Positions 1 to 8,758 of a DNA stretch of 36,903 bases are shown here, piece after piece; positions within the stretch are counted from its first letter, which is position 1, and the number at the start of each line of letters is the position of its first letter. Under the pieces are notes generated by a model. It made no database searches. It saw nothing but the letters and a program-made list of their open reading frames with translations, and was not told the origin of the DNA. A program made the position numbers and the translations under genes. Source of the DNA: a virus (lineage: Duplodnaviria; Caudoviricetes); IMG/VR virus record IMGVR_UViG_3300047552_000234, positions 1-36,903 of that record, one strand, 5' to 3'.

Positions 1-161
1 GATACGTCGATGACAGGGATTTCTCCGTGTCTACGAATTTGACTCTCTCGAATACGTTGCATCTTTTCATCTACAAGAACTGTCGGAAGAGGACCAGCGT
101 CGATAGACGTTCTCTCACGGCGGAGAGCTTCCAGTTGAACAGAATACTCATTTGGGGTCAT
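1..161 (-). CDS. Hypothetical protein, 5' part only (divergent gene truncated by window edge; not in ORF track)
   Basis: ATG at 161 (minus strand) with AGGAG Shine-Dalgarno 6 nt upstream (forward ctcct 168-172). Frame is open to the window edge: MTPNEYSVQLEALRRERTSIDAGPLPTVLVDEKMQRIRESQIRRHGEIPVIDV... A CTGTAAAT motif lies 25 nt upstream. Confidence 0.65.
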   Translation of the reverse strand, partial: MTPNEYSVQLEALRRERTSIDAGPLPTVLVDEKMQRIRESQIRRHGEIPVIDV

Positions 162-186
162 GCTATGCTCCTATGTTGGTACTGCT

Positions 187-194
187 ATTTACAG
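187..194 (-). promoter_or_regulatory. Putative phage promoter motif CTGTAAAT (class B)
   Basis: Same octamer lies 28-33 nt upstream of the DNA polymerase (17120-17127) and SSB (35589-35596) start codons. Confidence 0.5.
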
Positions 195-212
195 GCTTTG
201 CCGCACATACCC

Positions 213-221
213 CAATTTTAT
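213..221 (+). promoter_or_regulatory. Putative phage (late-type) promoter motif CAATTTTAT (class A)
   Basis: Identical nonamer in the intergenic gaps at 11046-11054 and 33437-33445. Here it heads the capsid operon. Confidence 0.55.
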
Positions 222-226
222 TTGGC

Positions 227-256
227 GGAAACGGGGCCAAACCCGGCTCCGTTTTC
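227..256 (+). promoter_or_regulatory. 12-bp RNA hairpin in the 5' leader of the capsid operon
   Basis: GGAAACGGGGCC-aaaccc-GGCTCCGTTTTC pairs fully with two G-U wobbles. It begins 5 nt after CAATTTTAT and ends before the GGAG RBS (271-274). Confidence 0.55.
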
Positions 257-278
257 TAAACCTTAACTGTGGAGATTT

Positions 279-1973
279 TTGACGATGCCAAAATCCACTA
301 TCGCGGCTTCAGTAATGAAAGCCTCTGGTGGGAAGCCTGTTCTTATCTTTTCTTCGCTGAGTGATAAGCCTGCTAGTGAAAACACGTATGATGCCATTCG
401 TTCGGCAAAATACGCCGCTTTCTCTTGCACGGCCTGTGATACGAAGATGCTTGCTCGACATAACTCTCACCCGTTCTGCGTTACTTGCAGCGCTGGGGAA
501 GAATCTGTTAAGCGAGTTGACTCGAAGATCCTCACAGCTTCAATTAAGAACGAGGCTAACCTCGACGCTCTAACCTGTTCTTCTTGCAATAGCACTACTG
601 TGCTGCCTTCTTATGTCCGAACCGCTATTCAAGCGGCTGGGGCTAAAGGCGAGAAGCTCCCCATCCACTGCTCCTGCTGCGGTACTGCTATGCACCCAAT
701 CAACGCTTCTGATGAAGCTGCCGTTGAAGAGGTTGTAGACGAACCCGTGGAAGAAGGTGCAGAAGACGCTGATATTCAACTAGCTGAACTAGACGAAATT
801 GAAGCCTCTGAAGACGGCGAGTTGGAAATCTCCGAAGGTGACCTTGAAGGTCTTGACGAAATGGAAGTCGAAGCTGCTGGCGACGACTGGCCTTTCGTGG
901 ATCGTGGTGAAGAAACCACTGCTGCTAAGGGCGACGACGATCTCCCGATGGAAGACGATGTCAAACCTGCTGATGCAGCTCCTGTCGCTGAAACTGCCCC
1001 CGCTGAAACCATTGCCCCCGCCGGTGATTCGGATATTTCTAGTGACGACGATATCGCGCTAGAACCGTTTACTCTGGAAGAAGACGTTATGGACCCTGTC
1101 GACAACGAAGACCTGACCGCCCCGGTCGAAGCTTCTGACGACTTTGACGAAGACGATGTTGCTGTCGCCGCTTTCGAAGATCCAACGGAAGGTGACGCCC
1201 TGGCTGACGCTATGGACATGGATGATTCCGACGACTGCCTGTCGTTTGTTCAAGCCAATGGTCGTGTCGTTGCCATGAAAGCTCACGTTGCTGTTGCTTC
1301 TCTTACCAAGGAAGGTGCTGGAAAGAACGCTGACCTGATGTTCAAGCCTGCGATGACCGCTGCTGCTCTCAATGCAGTAAAAGCTTACGGTATGCGCAAA
1401 GGCCTGACTTCTGTTGGCTTCAAGATGCATCTGGTTCCTGTCACCACGAAAGCTGCGGTTTCTCGTGAACTGCAGAAAATGCAGGCTTCGGCTGCCAAGA
1501 AGGAAGAAGAACAGCGTAAGGACTTTGCTGCTGCTTTCGCCCTAGCTTCCGCCGGCCTTTCTAGAGGTTCTTGGAAGGGCTACGACAATCCGATGTTAAA
1601 GGCTGTCGAGACCGAACTGAATCGCCTTGGTGTCTCCAACTCCAAGCGTCTGGCTGCTAGCATTGTTAGCGCCGCTTCTGTTCCCTACTCGAAGAACCTG
1701 CTTGAAGTAACTAGCAAGCTGCTAAAGGTTAGCGCCGCGACGCGCGCCGAATATGCAGAAATGTTTGATCTGACTTCTTCAACTTCTATAGAAGCTTCTG
1801 CTGAAGAGGAAGACGGAGAGGAAGATCTGGAAGTTACTTCTAATCAAGTTGAGGCCCGCTTCCAACGCGCTGCACTTCTTCGTCCTAGAGTAACTTCTTC
1901 TGTTCAATCCGTAACCTCTGCTGCCGATATCCTTGCTGGTAAAGCAAATCTGCAGTTCTCTTCCCTAATGTAG
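279..1973 (+). CDS. Putative capsid scaffold / prohead core protein with N-terminal Zn-ribbons
   Basis: 564 aa. Four CxxC pairs (CTAC, CVTC, CSSC, CSCC), long D/E-rich centre, Ala-rich helical C-terminus. Sits directly upstream of decoration and major capsid genes. GGAG RBS; ATG at 285 is an alternative start. Confidence 0.55.
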   Translation: MTMPKSTIAASVMKASGGKPVLIFSSLSDKPASENTYDAIRSAKYAAFSCTACDTKMLARHNSHPFCVTCSAGEESVKRVDSKILTASIKNEANLDALTCSSCNSTTVLPSYVRTAIQAAGAKGEKLPIHCSCCGTAMHPINASDEAAVEEVVDEPVEEGAEDADIQLAELDEIEASEDGELEISEGDLEGLDEMEVEAAGDDWPFVDRGEETTAAKGDDDLPMEDDVKPADAAPVAETAPAETIAPAGDSDISSDDDIALEPFTLEEDVMDPVDNEDLTAPVEASDDFDEDDVAVAAFEDPTEGDALADAMDMDDSDDCLSFVQANGRVVAMKAHVAVASLTKEGAGKNADLMFKPAMTAAALNAVKAYGMRKGLTSVGFKMHLVPVTTKAAVSRELQKMQASAAKKEEEQRKDFAAAFALASAGLSRGSWKGYDNPMLKAVETELNRLGVSNSKRLAASIVSAASVPYSKNLLEVTSKLLKVSAATRAEYAEMFDLTSSTSIEASAEEEDGEEDLEVTSNQVEARFQRAALLRPRVTSSVQSVTSAADILAGKANLQFSSLM

Positions 1974-1984
1974 GACTTCATGAA

Positions 1985-2668
1985 ATGATTCACTACCCTC
2001 TCTCTAATCCCCTGCGCACCCGCGAATTCCCGGTTCTGTCTGGTGCTACCATTTCTCAACCTGGTCAAGCCCTGGCGGGTCTGTGGTCTGGTGGCGCTTT
2101 CGGCGTTCGCCCTTCGACTGCTGACACTGGTCAAAACTTTGTTGGCTTTGTCTGGCCGCAAACTTCGGCGATTCCTTTCCTGCAGACCACTGCCGTTAAG
2201 GTTGAAACCTTTGTTGTTCCCGCTGGCAAGACGCTCACCCTGGCGAAGACTCCTGTTGCTAGCACGACTCTGGTCTATAGCGTGACGGGTGCTGCTGCTG
2301 TGACTCCTGACTCTGTGACTGGTGCCGTGGTCGACCTGACCACCAACGGTACTGTCGGTCACACTGTCAACGTAACTTATCGTTACACTCTGACAGTTCC
2401 GGAAGCTCGCGCCATGAACGGTGACGTGATCCCTGGCAACTACGCCGGTCTAACAACTGGATCGGTTGGCGTGATTCAAGCTGGCACGATCTATACCGAC
2501 CAGTTTGATAGCGCTGTCAACTGGCAAGCCGCTACCGCAGTCGAACTCGGCGCGTCTGGTATCCTCACCAATCAAGGTGGTGCCAGCAACGTCGTAGTCC
2601 CGTGTACTATCATCGCGATTCCGACTGTCGACTACCCGTTCCTTGGTCTTGAGTTCGACGCATATTGA
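1985..2668 (+). CDS. Putative capsid decoration / cement protein
   Basis: 227 aa, G/T/V/A-rich beta-type composition, codon usage typical of high expression, located between scaffold and major capsid genes. Confidence 0.55.
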   Translation: MIHYPLSNPLRTREFPVLSGATISQPGQALAGLWSGGAFGVRPSTADTGQNFVGFVWPQTSAIPFLQTTAVKVETFVVPAGKTLTLAKTPVASTTLVYSVTGAAAVTPDSVTGAVVDLTTNGTVGHTVNVTYRYTLTVPEARAMNGDVIPGNYAGLTTGSVGVIQAGTIYTDQFDSAVNWQAATAVELGASGILTNQGGASNVVVPCTIIAIPTVDYPFLGLEFDAY

Positions 2669-2704
2669 ACTGCGACCACCTAACTATACAGAAGGAATCA
2701 ACAC

Positions 2705-3781
2705 ATGTCTAACATTCGAGCCAAAACCCCTGCGGTAGTCGCCCAAGATTTCCGCTTCGCGGGTGAATCCAGCCGCGCCATTGGTGCTAACGGCGAAATC
2801 AACGCTTCTAGCAAGAAAGACGTTCTGAATCGCAGCCTGCAACTAATGCAAGCCCAAGCTCGCGGTGAAGTGGTGACCGCTTCCGCTATGGAAGAACGTC
2901 AGCGCATCGTCGCTCAGAACAAAGAGCTGCTGCAAGCTGCCTTCGACAATCCGGGCGCTCACCGCGTTCTGGGTGAAAAGATGGCTGACCAACTGTACGT
3001 CACTGCTAACCGCAAGGGTTATGCTCGTCGTCTGATGGTTCGTCATGAACTCAAGCAGGGTGATATCCCGCGTTTCGCCGTTCGCAAGAAGAACGTTCAG
3101 GCTGTGATGCTGACTGGCCCCACTGCTATCAACACCCAGATCGCTCTCGACAAGTGGCTCACTCCTCCGGAACTTACGGTTGGTGCTCGTGTCTTCGTTC
3201 CGCAGACCGAGATCAACCAGTCCAACACCGATGTGCTGGAAGAGAAGTTCATTGAAGGTCTGGAAGCCATCATGGTGACCGAGGACCGTCTGCACTACAA
3301 CCTGACCAAGGCCACCATCGGCATCGACAACAACCTGACGATCATCACCGGCAACCTGTCGCCGCTGACCTTCATGTCTGTTCGTCAAAACGTGCAGAAG
3401 TGGGGTCTGAAGCCCATGTACTGCCTGATGGCCTCTGACCTGTTTGTCGACATCGTTGGTGAGTCTGGCTTCCAGCAAGCCATCGAACCCGTTGCTCGTC
3501 ACGAACTGGTTATGACCGGCGAACTGGCTATCCTGTACGGAATGACCCTAATCTCTGAAGACTATCGTCATCCGGAGCACAAGGTTCTGTCGCAGGGTGA
3601 GTTCATGATCTCGTCCGATCCGATGTTCCACGGTGCCTACTCGGATCGTGGCGGCGTTGATTCTCAACCGATCGACACCATCAACGAGCGTATCGTTGGA
3701 CGCGGCTGGCTGTTCCAAGAATCTCTGGCTATGGCTGTGGCTAACACCCGCTCCGTTGCCTGGGGTCAGCGTAACGCCTAA
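2705..3781 (+). CDS. Major capsid protein (HK97 fold)
   Basis: 358 aa, AAGGAA RBS, strongly biased codons, followed by a hairpin. HK97-like pattern: strand PPELTVGARVFVP, spine helix DVLEEKFIEGLEAIMVTEDRL, and MTGELAILYGMTLI. Confidence 0.8.
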   Translation: MSNIRAKTPAVVAQDFRFAGESSRAIGANGEINASSKKDVLNRSLQLMQAQARGEVVTASAMEERQRIVAQNKELLQAAFDNPGAHRVLGEKMADQLYVTANRKGYARRLMVRHELKQGDIPRFAVRKKNVQAVMLTGPTAINTQIALDKWLTPPELTVGARVFVPQTEINQSNTDVLEEKFIEGLEAIMVTEDRLHYNLTKATIGIDNNLTIITGNLSPLTFMSVRQNVQKWGLKPMYCLMASDLFVDIVGESGFQQAIEPVARHELVMTGELAILYGMTLISEDYRHPEHKVLSQGEFMISSDPMFHGAYSDRGGVDSQPIDTINERIVGRGWLFQESLAMAVANTRSVAWGQRNA

Positions 3782-3786
3782 TCAAT

Positions 3787-3810
3787 TGGGGGCTAAGAAA
3801 TTAGCCCCTA
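3787..3810 (+). terminator. GNRA-capped hairpin after major capsid gene (weak terminator or mRNA-stabilising stem)
   Basis: GGGGCTAA-GAAA-TTAGCCCC with no U-tract downstream. Confidence 0.55.
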
Positions 3811-3834
3811 GTTCAAACCCAAGGAACATCAGCT

Positions 3835-4260
3835 ATGAAATACAATATGTCTCTGGACCTCCTGGCTCATGCCGTCGAGTGCTTTGCTAACGGCAAGACG
3901 AATGAGGCCTCGGTTGCTTTCGCTCGTGCTGCCAAGCATCCTTCCATTCAGGCCGCTCTGGCTGCTATCGAAGCTACCAACAGCAAGGCTTTTGCTGTTC
4001 AAAGCAAAATGAAGGTCAAGGCTGCAAAGCCTTCCAAAGTATCTGCTCGTCTGTCGCGTCTTACCGCTTCGGAAGCTGATATGGACGCTCAAAACGTCGG
4101 TGAAGATCTTCGTATCGAAGTCGAAGAAAACAGCAAACTGCGCGAAGTGCAGGAAGCTGCCCTTGACGATTTCGAAGAAGATGACGCTGACGACATGGAA
4201 GCTACTGTGAATGCTCGCTTCTCTCAATCGTTGAAGAACATCCACGCGGCTTCTAAGTAA
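3835..4260 (+). CDS. Hypothetical virion/head-associated protein
   Basis: 141 aa, AAGGAA RBS, Ala-rich helical with an acidic patch, last gene before a strong terminator of the capsid operon. Confidence 0.6.
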   Translation: MKYNMSLDLLAHAVECFANGKTNEASVAFARAAKHPSIQAALAAIEATNSKAFAVQSKMKVKAAKPSKVSARLSRLTASEADMDAQNVGEDLRIEVEENSKLREVQEAALDDFEEDDADDMEATVNARFSQSLKNIHAASK

Positions 4261-4267
4261 GTACAAG

Positions 4268-4297
4268 AGGGGGCCTCAAAGGCCCCCTTTTTGTTTT
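4268..4297 (+). terminator. Rho-independent terminator
   Basis: AGGGGGCCT-caa-AGGCCCCCT followed by TTTTGTTTT. Confidence 0.9.
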
Positions 4298-4309
4298 GAA
4301 GGATGGAAG

Positions 4310-5002
4310 ATGGCTACGTATAACAATAAGCAGAAAGATCCTATCAAAAACCTAACCCTGATAGACGATCTTGTTATGGAAGGCGTTCAGCAGCAGTTCA
4401 AGAAAGCCTTTTCTGCCTTGACTCTTTGGACTACCGGCGATGACGGTATGAAAATGGTCCAGAGGTTATACGAAGACAAAAGCGTCAAAGAAAAATATCC
4501 GATCTGCCTTCTGTCGTTAGAAAGCTGGAATATCTTAGAAGAGAAGCGTAATACACGGGACTCTTCGATGCGTGGCATTAAGGTTGCAGCTTCAACAGAC
4601 TCAAGATCACTGCTGCGGTCTAAGATTCTGCCTATCGAATACGCTGTTACAGTAGAGTTCAGGACAAACTCTTGGGACGATATAAAGAGCTTTGCTAGGC
4701 ACTGGCTGTTCCACAGTGTTACTCGTCAACTGAACTTCCAGGTGGACTATGGTCTTACACCTGTTGACGTTAGAGTAGAGTTAGCAAAAACCTTTACATT
4801 TCCTAAGCGTGAAACTTCCCCTGAACAAGTTCAAGAATATGTAGCTACCAACTCCCTTACTATTGGTAACTACATCAACCTCCCCGATCTGTATTCCCAA
4901 GACATCATCGATGCTGTCGAGGTTTCTTTGGAAGCTCCAAGTACAGACGGGACTTCCCCAAATACTCAGTTGTGGACTTTCACTAGTCCCCGGAGAGTTT
5001 AA
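4310..5002 (+). CDS. Putative tail terminator / neck completion protein
   Basis: 230 aa alpha/beta pattern (KYPICLLSL, LPIEYAVTVEFRT, helix WDDIKSFARHWLF) typical of tail-completion proteins. Lies between capsid and baseplate genes. Confidence 0.4.
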   Translation: MATYNNKQKDPIKNLTLIDDLVMEGVQQQFKKAFSALTLWTTGDDGMKMVQRLYEDKSVKEKYPICLLSLESWNILEEKRNTRDSSMRGIKVAASTDSRSLLRSKILPIEYAVTVEFRTNSWDDIKSFARHWLFHSVTRQLNFQVDYGLTPVDVRVELAKTFTFPKRETSPEQVQEYVATNSLTIGNYINLPDLYSQDIIDAVEVSLEAPSTDGTSPNTQLWTFTSPRRV

Positions 5003-6219
5003 TGGACGACATACCAGTTCTAAAGCGAAAAAGCCTTTCCCTCTACTCTGACATCAACCGCAACTTTGGTGAGGTTGGGCAGCCGGACCTACTGTTTGAT
5101 TCAAAAGCTATCTCTCAAGCTTTGATCAATATTTTCAGAACGTCTATCGGGGAAGCTGGTCGGATTCATGACCCGGAGTTTGGATCTGGTTTACCTGAGT
5201 TGCTTCAAGAGCCTATGGATGAGCAAACAGCCTTCAAGGTGAAGGCGGCTACTATACAGGCGGCTCAGCGCTTTGAACCTCGTATCGACGTTCTGGTAGG
5301 CAACAGTGCTATTCTAATCGACGAAACACTTCCTGGTTACAAGGTATATTTGGTGTACGTCATTAGACAGACAGGGGAAGTATCCAACACTGCTTTTAAC
5401 CTGACGTCCAGAATGTCTGTAACCTCGTCAGTACCTCCAACTCCCGCCCCTCAACCATGGTCTCCGTTGTCTGAGTCTTCCCTTGCCTTGTGGATAGACC
5501 CTTCTGACGCAGCTCATATACGTCACGGTATCTCTGCTCTGCGAGTCGCGCTTGACAAGAGCCCCAATGGATACGAATTTCCTTGTGAAGCTCTGGAGTA
5601 TAACACTACTCCAATTGTGTACTCTCACGGGGTTATCAATGGCCTGAGTGCGTTAAAAGTCCCCACCTATGGTACTGTTAGCTATCGCTCGGACCTAGTC
5701 ATACCTGAAGCTGTTAATCTAGAGTGGGAACGTCTACATGCATTTATCGTTTTACGCAACGCTGTTCCACAAATAGACCAGACAAACGGGGATAGCTATG
5801 GTTTTGATTTGTTTCCTGTTTACAACGGGGACTTTTCAACTGTGCAACAGTCACTCCTGAGTGTCCGTTATGGGAACGACTTGTTGACGGCCTATCCGAA
5901 AGTAAGTCATGTTTCCCCAGCCGGAAGTCTTATTAGTGCGCGTAAAGATTTCCTGTTGGGAAATGATCCTTTTCTAATTGACGTTAAACTAGACGCGGGT
6001 GAAGTGACTATCAGTTACAACACTAACGAGATTCTGAGCGGTGCTTCTACGTTTAACGAAACTCTAGCTTATAGCATACTTCGAGGTATCAAGGGTGGTG
6101 TCCCCTTAGAGACCTCCACGCTGTATGTGGGTGACATCATCATCTATAATGCCTCTCTCAGCGATGCTACTATAGCTATCACTAGGTCTTATCTACAAAG
6201 TAAGTGGTCCATACCATGA
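5002..6219 (+). CDS. Baseplate wedge protein (T4 gp25 / GpW-like) fused to a C-terminal LamG/ConA-like domain
   Basis: N-terminal YSDIN...AISQALINIFRTSIGE...DPEFGSGLPELLQEPMD...FEPRIDV is gp25-like. After a Pro-rich linker (VPPTPAPQP) comes a domain from WSPLSESSLALWIDPSD to GDIIIYNASLSD...SYLQSKW, typical of phage LamG-like domains. Confidence 0.75.
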   Translation: MDDIPVLKRKSLSLYSDINRNFGEVGQPDLLFDSKAISQALINIFRTSIGEAGRIHDPEFGSGLPELLQEPMDEQTAFKVKAATIQAAQRFEPRIDVLVGNSAILIDETLPGYKVYLVYVIRQTGEVSNTAFNLTSRMSVTSSVPPTPAPQPWSPLSESSLALWIDPSDAAHIRHGISALRVALDKSPNGYEFPCEALEYNTTPIVYSHGVINGLSALKVPTYGTVSYRSDLVIPEAVNLEWERLHAFIVLRNAVPQIDQTNGDSYGFDLFPVYNGDFSTVQQSLLSVRYGNDLLTAYPKVSHVSPAGSLISARKDFLLGNDPFLIDVKLDAGEVTISYNTNEILSGASTFNETLAYSILRGIKGGVPLETSTLYVGDIIIYNASLSDATIAITRSYLQSKWSIP

Positions 6220-7712
6220 CAAGCGTTTTTCTAAAGACCCCTACGCAAGACTTCAGTGGCTCTATCGATCTTACTGACATTCTGCCAACAGGTGAAACTG
6301 CTAGTTCGGTGGCTGTTCAAAGCGTATTCCCCACAACTTCACCTGTACTAAGCGTCTCTTCTACTGTCAGCTCACCTACTAGCCTTGGTATCCTTTTCGA
6401 AGATGGCAAGGACTTCTCCACGTATGGGGTCACGCTCGTAGTCACCTCAAATACTACGGACACCTATAACGTAAACGTAGTGTTGAATGTTTCGTCCAGC
6501 TCTACGCCTGCTGTACCTAGCACTGATCCACTTTCTTTTGCTGATCTAGTCGATGAACTTCGTGCGGGTGACTCAGCTATCGGTAAAGGTAGCTTCTCTT
6601 TGCCGGCTAACTTTGATAGCACTGGGGCGTCGGTTAGCTGGACTCTACTCGATAGAGCTGGAGTTGTTCACTCTTCCAGCAACGCTTATGAACTGAATGT
6701 GTCTTCTGACACCTTCTCTACCCTGATAGAAGCCTACGGTTTAATCGTTGCACCTTCTTCACTAGCTCCTTCCTCAGCGGGCCACGCATATCAGATTCGC
6801 TGGGAGCTCACTACTGATAACACTACGAATCCGATTTACTCCTTCGAGAGCATTCGGATTGTAGGGTTAACTCCAACTCCAGTAGGCACTGAATCCTCTA
6901 TCGAGTTAGAGGCCGACCCTATCAACATCAGCCTAGTGTTGTCTTCGTTGTACACCAACGTCGTCGGTGAAATGTTCTCTTCTGACAACACTCGGTTGAT
7001 AACAACAGCCGAAGTCAGTGTTTCAGGTCCTACACAAGTGGCTGGCGGGTGGTACTACGGAGTCGTCATCGACCCTGTCACTTATCCAAATACTTTCGTA
7101 GCCACTCTGGACCCCTACTTGTTTTCCTGGAAGTACTGGAATAGCAACACTGCTACTAGCGTATCCAGACAGACTTGCCAAATCTACATCGTTAATCCTT
7201 CAATCCTTTCCGCGACAGAGGACATCCGTCGCATGGTTATGAAGGCGCGCACTACGATGTTTGGTATGCCTGACATGATCTTTGATATGCCGACAATGAT
7301 GACTTGGCTGCGTCGAGCTCGTGATCTGTTCAATGGAGCTACCGGCCACCTGACAGAATTCAGCATGGTAAACGCTACTGGCGGTATCCGAGAGTATTGG
7401 CTTCGCTACGCTGAAGTCGCTATGCTTCAGGCGCATGCCCTTGCTGAAGGCGAAAAGGCGTTCAACTTCTCAGGTCAGGCTATCTCTCTAGACGTTGACA
7501 AGTCTCAATATTATCAGACGTTAGCGGACAATCTGCTGCAACAAATCAACGAAGACATCCGACCTTTCAAGCAAAACCTGCTGAAGAAGGGTGCAGTCGC
7601 TGGTGACGGTAATATGGCAGGCGTTGCCAACGGCGGACTTGGTGCTTCATCTAGGCTAGGGTTGTCAATTCACCCTGCTAGTCAATGGTCAACTCGTAGA
7701 CTTCGTTTCTAA
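6216..7712 (+). CDS. Putative neck / head-tail adaptor protein with N-terminal beta-sandwich (fibre-adaptor-like) domains
   Basis: ATGA overlap with the upstream stop supports a start at 6216. S/T-rich beta N-terminus (KTPTQDFSGSIDLTDILPTGETASS). Helical C-terminus with FNFSGQAISLDVDKSQYYQTLAD resembles connector proteins. Confidence 0.5.
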   Translation: MTSVFLKTPTQDFSGSIDLTDILPTGETASSVAVQSVFPTTSPVLSVSSTVSSPTSLGILFEDGKDFSTYGVTLVVTSNTTDTYNVNVVLNVSSSSTPAVPSTDPLSFADLVDELRAGDSAIGKGSFSLPANFDSTGASVSWTLLDRAGVVHSSSNAYELNVSSDTFSTLIEAYGLIVAPSSLAPSSAGHAYQIRWELTTDNTTNPIYSFESIRIVGLTPTPVGTESSIELEADPINISLVLSSLYTNVVGEMFSSDNTRLITTAEVSVSGPTQVAGGWYYGVVIDPVTYPNTFVATLDPYLFSWKYWNSNTATSVSRQTCQIYIVNPSILSATEDIRRMVMKARTTMFGMPDMIFDMPTMMTWLRRARDLFNGATGHLTEFSMVNATGGIREYWLRYAEVAMLQAHALAEGEKAFNFSGQAISLDVDKSQYYQTLADNLLQQINEDIRPFKQNLLKKGAVAGDGNMAGVANGGLGASSRLGLSIHPASQWSTRRLRF

Positions 7713-7713
7713 T

Positions 7714-8376
7714 ATGCGCAATAACGTCAAAGCTTGGACGACGGCCTCCCCAAAAGTGAAGGTTAGAGTGACGCCTGAGTATAACCGCGTATTGAAAAAC
7801 GCAACTGATAAAGACCTACTAGATATACAGACGAGTTTGTCTACCCTACAGGGTTGGTATTCACATTCAGCGGGTTTTAGAAATGAGTTATACAAGGCGG
7901 CAGAAATCCTAGTACGCTATTTTAGGTACGATCCGTACAGAGGCCCCGTATACAGAGCTATAGAAGTAAGAAAATCGTTTTCAAAACTGAGCATCGAGGG
8001 TAAATTTCTTAAAGCTAATGTAGCTCACCCTGTCGCTTCTTCGTGGACTACAAGTATTTCTAACGCTATAAATTTTGGTAAAGCACATCACAACACTTTC
8101 GTTGTAGTGAAACTGTCGTCACCAGGGCTACAACTTTTCAACTCCAACTGGTTTTTATCAGTTCTTCCTGCATTACATAAACTTCTTAAGGCGGTTAAAA
8201 AGCAGCGGAATAAATCACTAGACAAGGACCTTCTATACGATTGCTTAAACTATGTGATTGACCTAAACAATAACGAATACCTTGAAGGAGAAGACGAAAT
8301 TGTCATGCGACTACCAAATAAAGTTAAGATACAAGTAGCGGCCTTAATAAACGATCGTATTGTAAGAAGCGCTTGA
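7714..8376 (+). CDS. Putative ADP-ribosyltransferase-fold protein
   Basis: Ordered R-S-E-like motifs: GPVYRAI, ASSWTTSISNAINFG, EGEDEIVM. Visibly more A/T-rich than flanking genes. Confidence 0.45.
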   Translation: MRNNVKAWTTASPKVKVRVTPEYNRVLKNATDKDLLDIQTSLSTLQGWYSHSAGFRNELYKAAEILVRYFRYDPYRGPVYRAIEVRKSFSKLSIEGKFLKANVAHPVASSWTTSISNAINFGKAHHNTFVVVKLSSPGLQLFNSNWFLSVLPALHKLLKAVKKQRNKSLDKDLLYDCLNYVIDLNNNEYLEGEDEIVMRLPNKVKIQVAALINDRIVRSA

Positions 8377-8726
8377 CGATGCCAAACTACGGAGTCCCAG
8401 CCAAAGTATCTGTAGCAAAAGCAAAGACTCCAACGTATAAGCGTTCTAACTTCGGAGTCACTCGTCTACAGCACGATAGCTACCGTGGCCTTGATTGGTA
8501 TGCTATCTGCAAAGCTATCCGCATCCGAGATAACGGATGCTGTAAATACTGTGGTCTGAAAGAAAATCCCAAAGAGCGTATCTGGCACGATGTTCATCAC
8601 ATCCAACCTCTCAGTCGTGGTGGCACTACTACTGGAATAAATCTTTGTCTAGTCTGCAAAGACTGTCATCAGCTTCGGCACCCTCATCACAAGCTAGGTA
8701 GTCGAACAAAAGTTAATCGCCCTTGA
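8373..8726 (+). CDS. HNH endonuclease (Zn-binding, gp74/McrA-like)
   Basis: RDNGCCKYCG...DVHHIQPLSRGG...NLCLVCKDCHQLRH. ATG at 8379 is an alternative start. Confidence 0.9.
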   Translation: MTMPNYGVPAKVSVAKAKTPTYKRSNFGVTRLQHDSYRGLDWYAICKAIRIRDNGCCKYCGLKENPKERIWHDVHHIQPLSRGGTTTGINLCLVCKDCHQLRHPHHKLGSRTKVNRP

Positions 8727-8758
8727 GGCACGTTTCTTAACTCTCATACGAGGCCTAT

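Noticed and set aside
27-266. 79-aa + strand ORF from the track
   Set aside because: No RBS. It runs across the promoter motifs and hairpin and overlaps a better-supported minus-strand gene with an AGGAG SD.
776-1219. Ser-rich minus-strand ORF, plus similar antisense ORFs at 2843-3502, 15046-15369, 16419-16886 and 17325-17930
   Set aside because: Antisense shadows of strongly biased + strand codons (GAA/GAC read as Ser/Phe/Val); no RBS or motifs.
8540-8547. Extra CTGTAAAT copy
   Set aside because: Lies inside the HNH gene at the Cys-Cys-Lys-Tyr codons and over 200 nt from the next start; probably coincidental.
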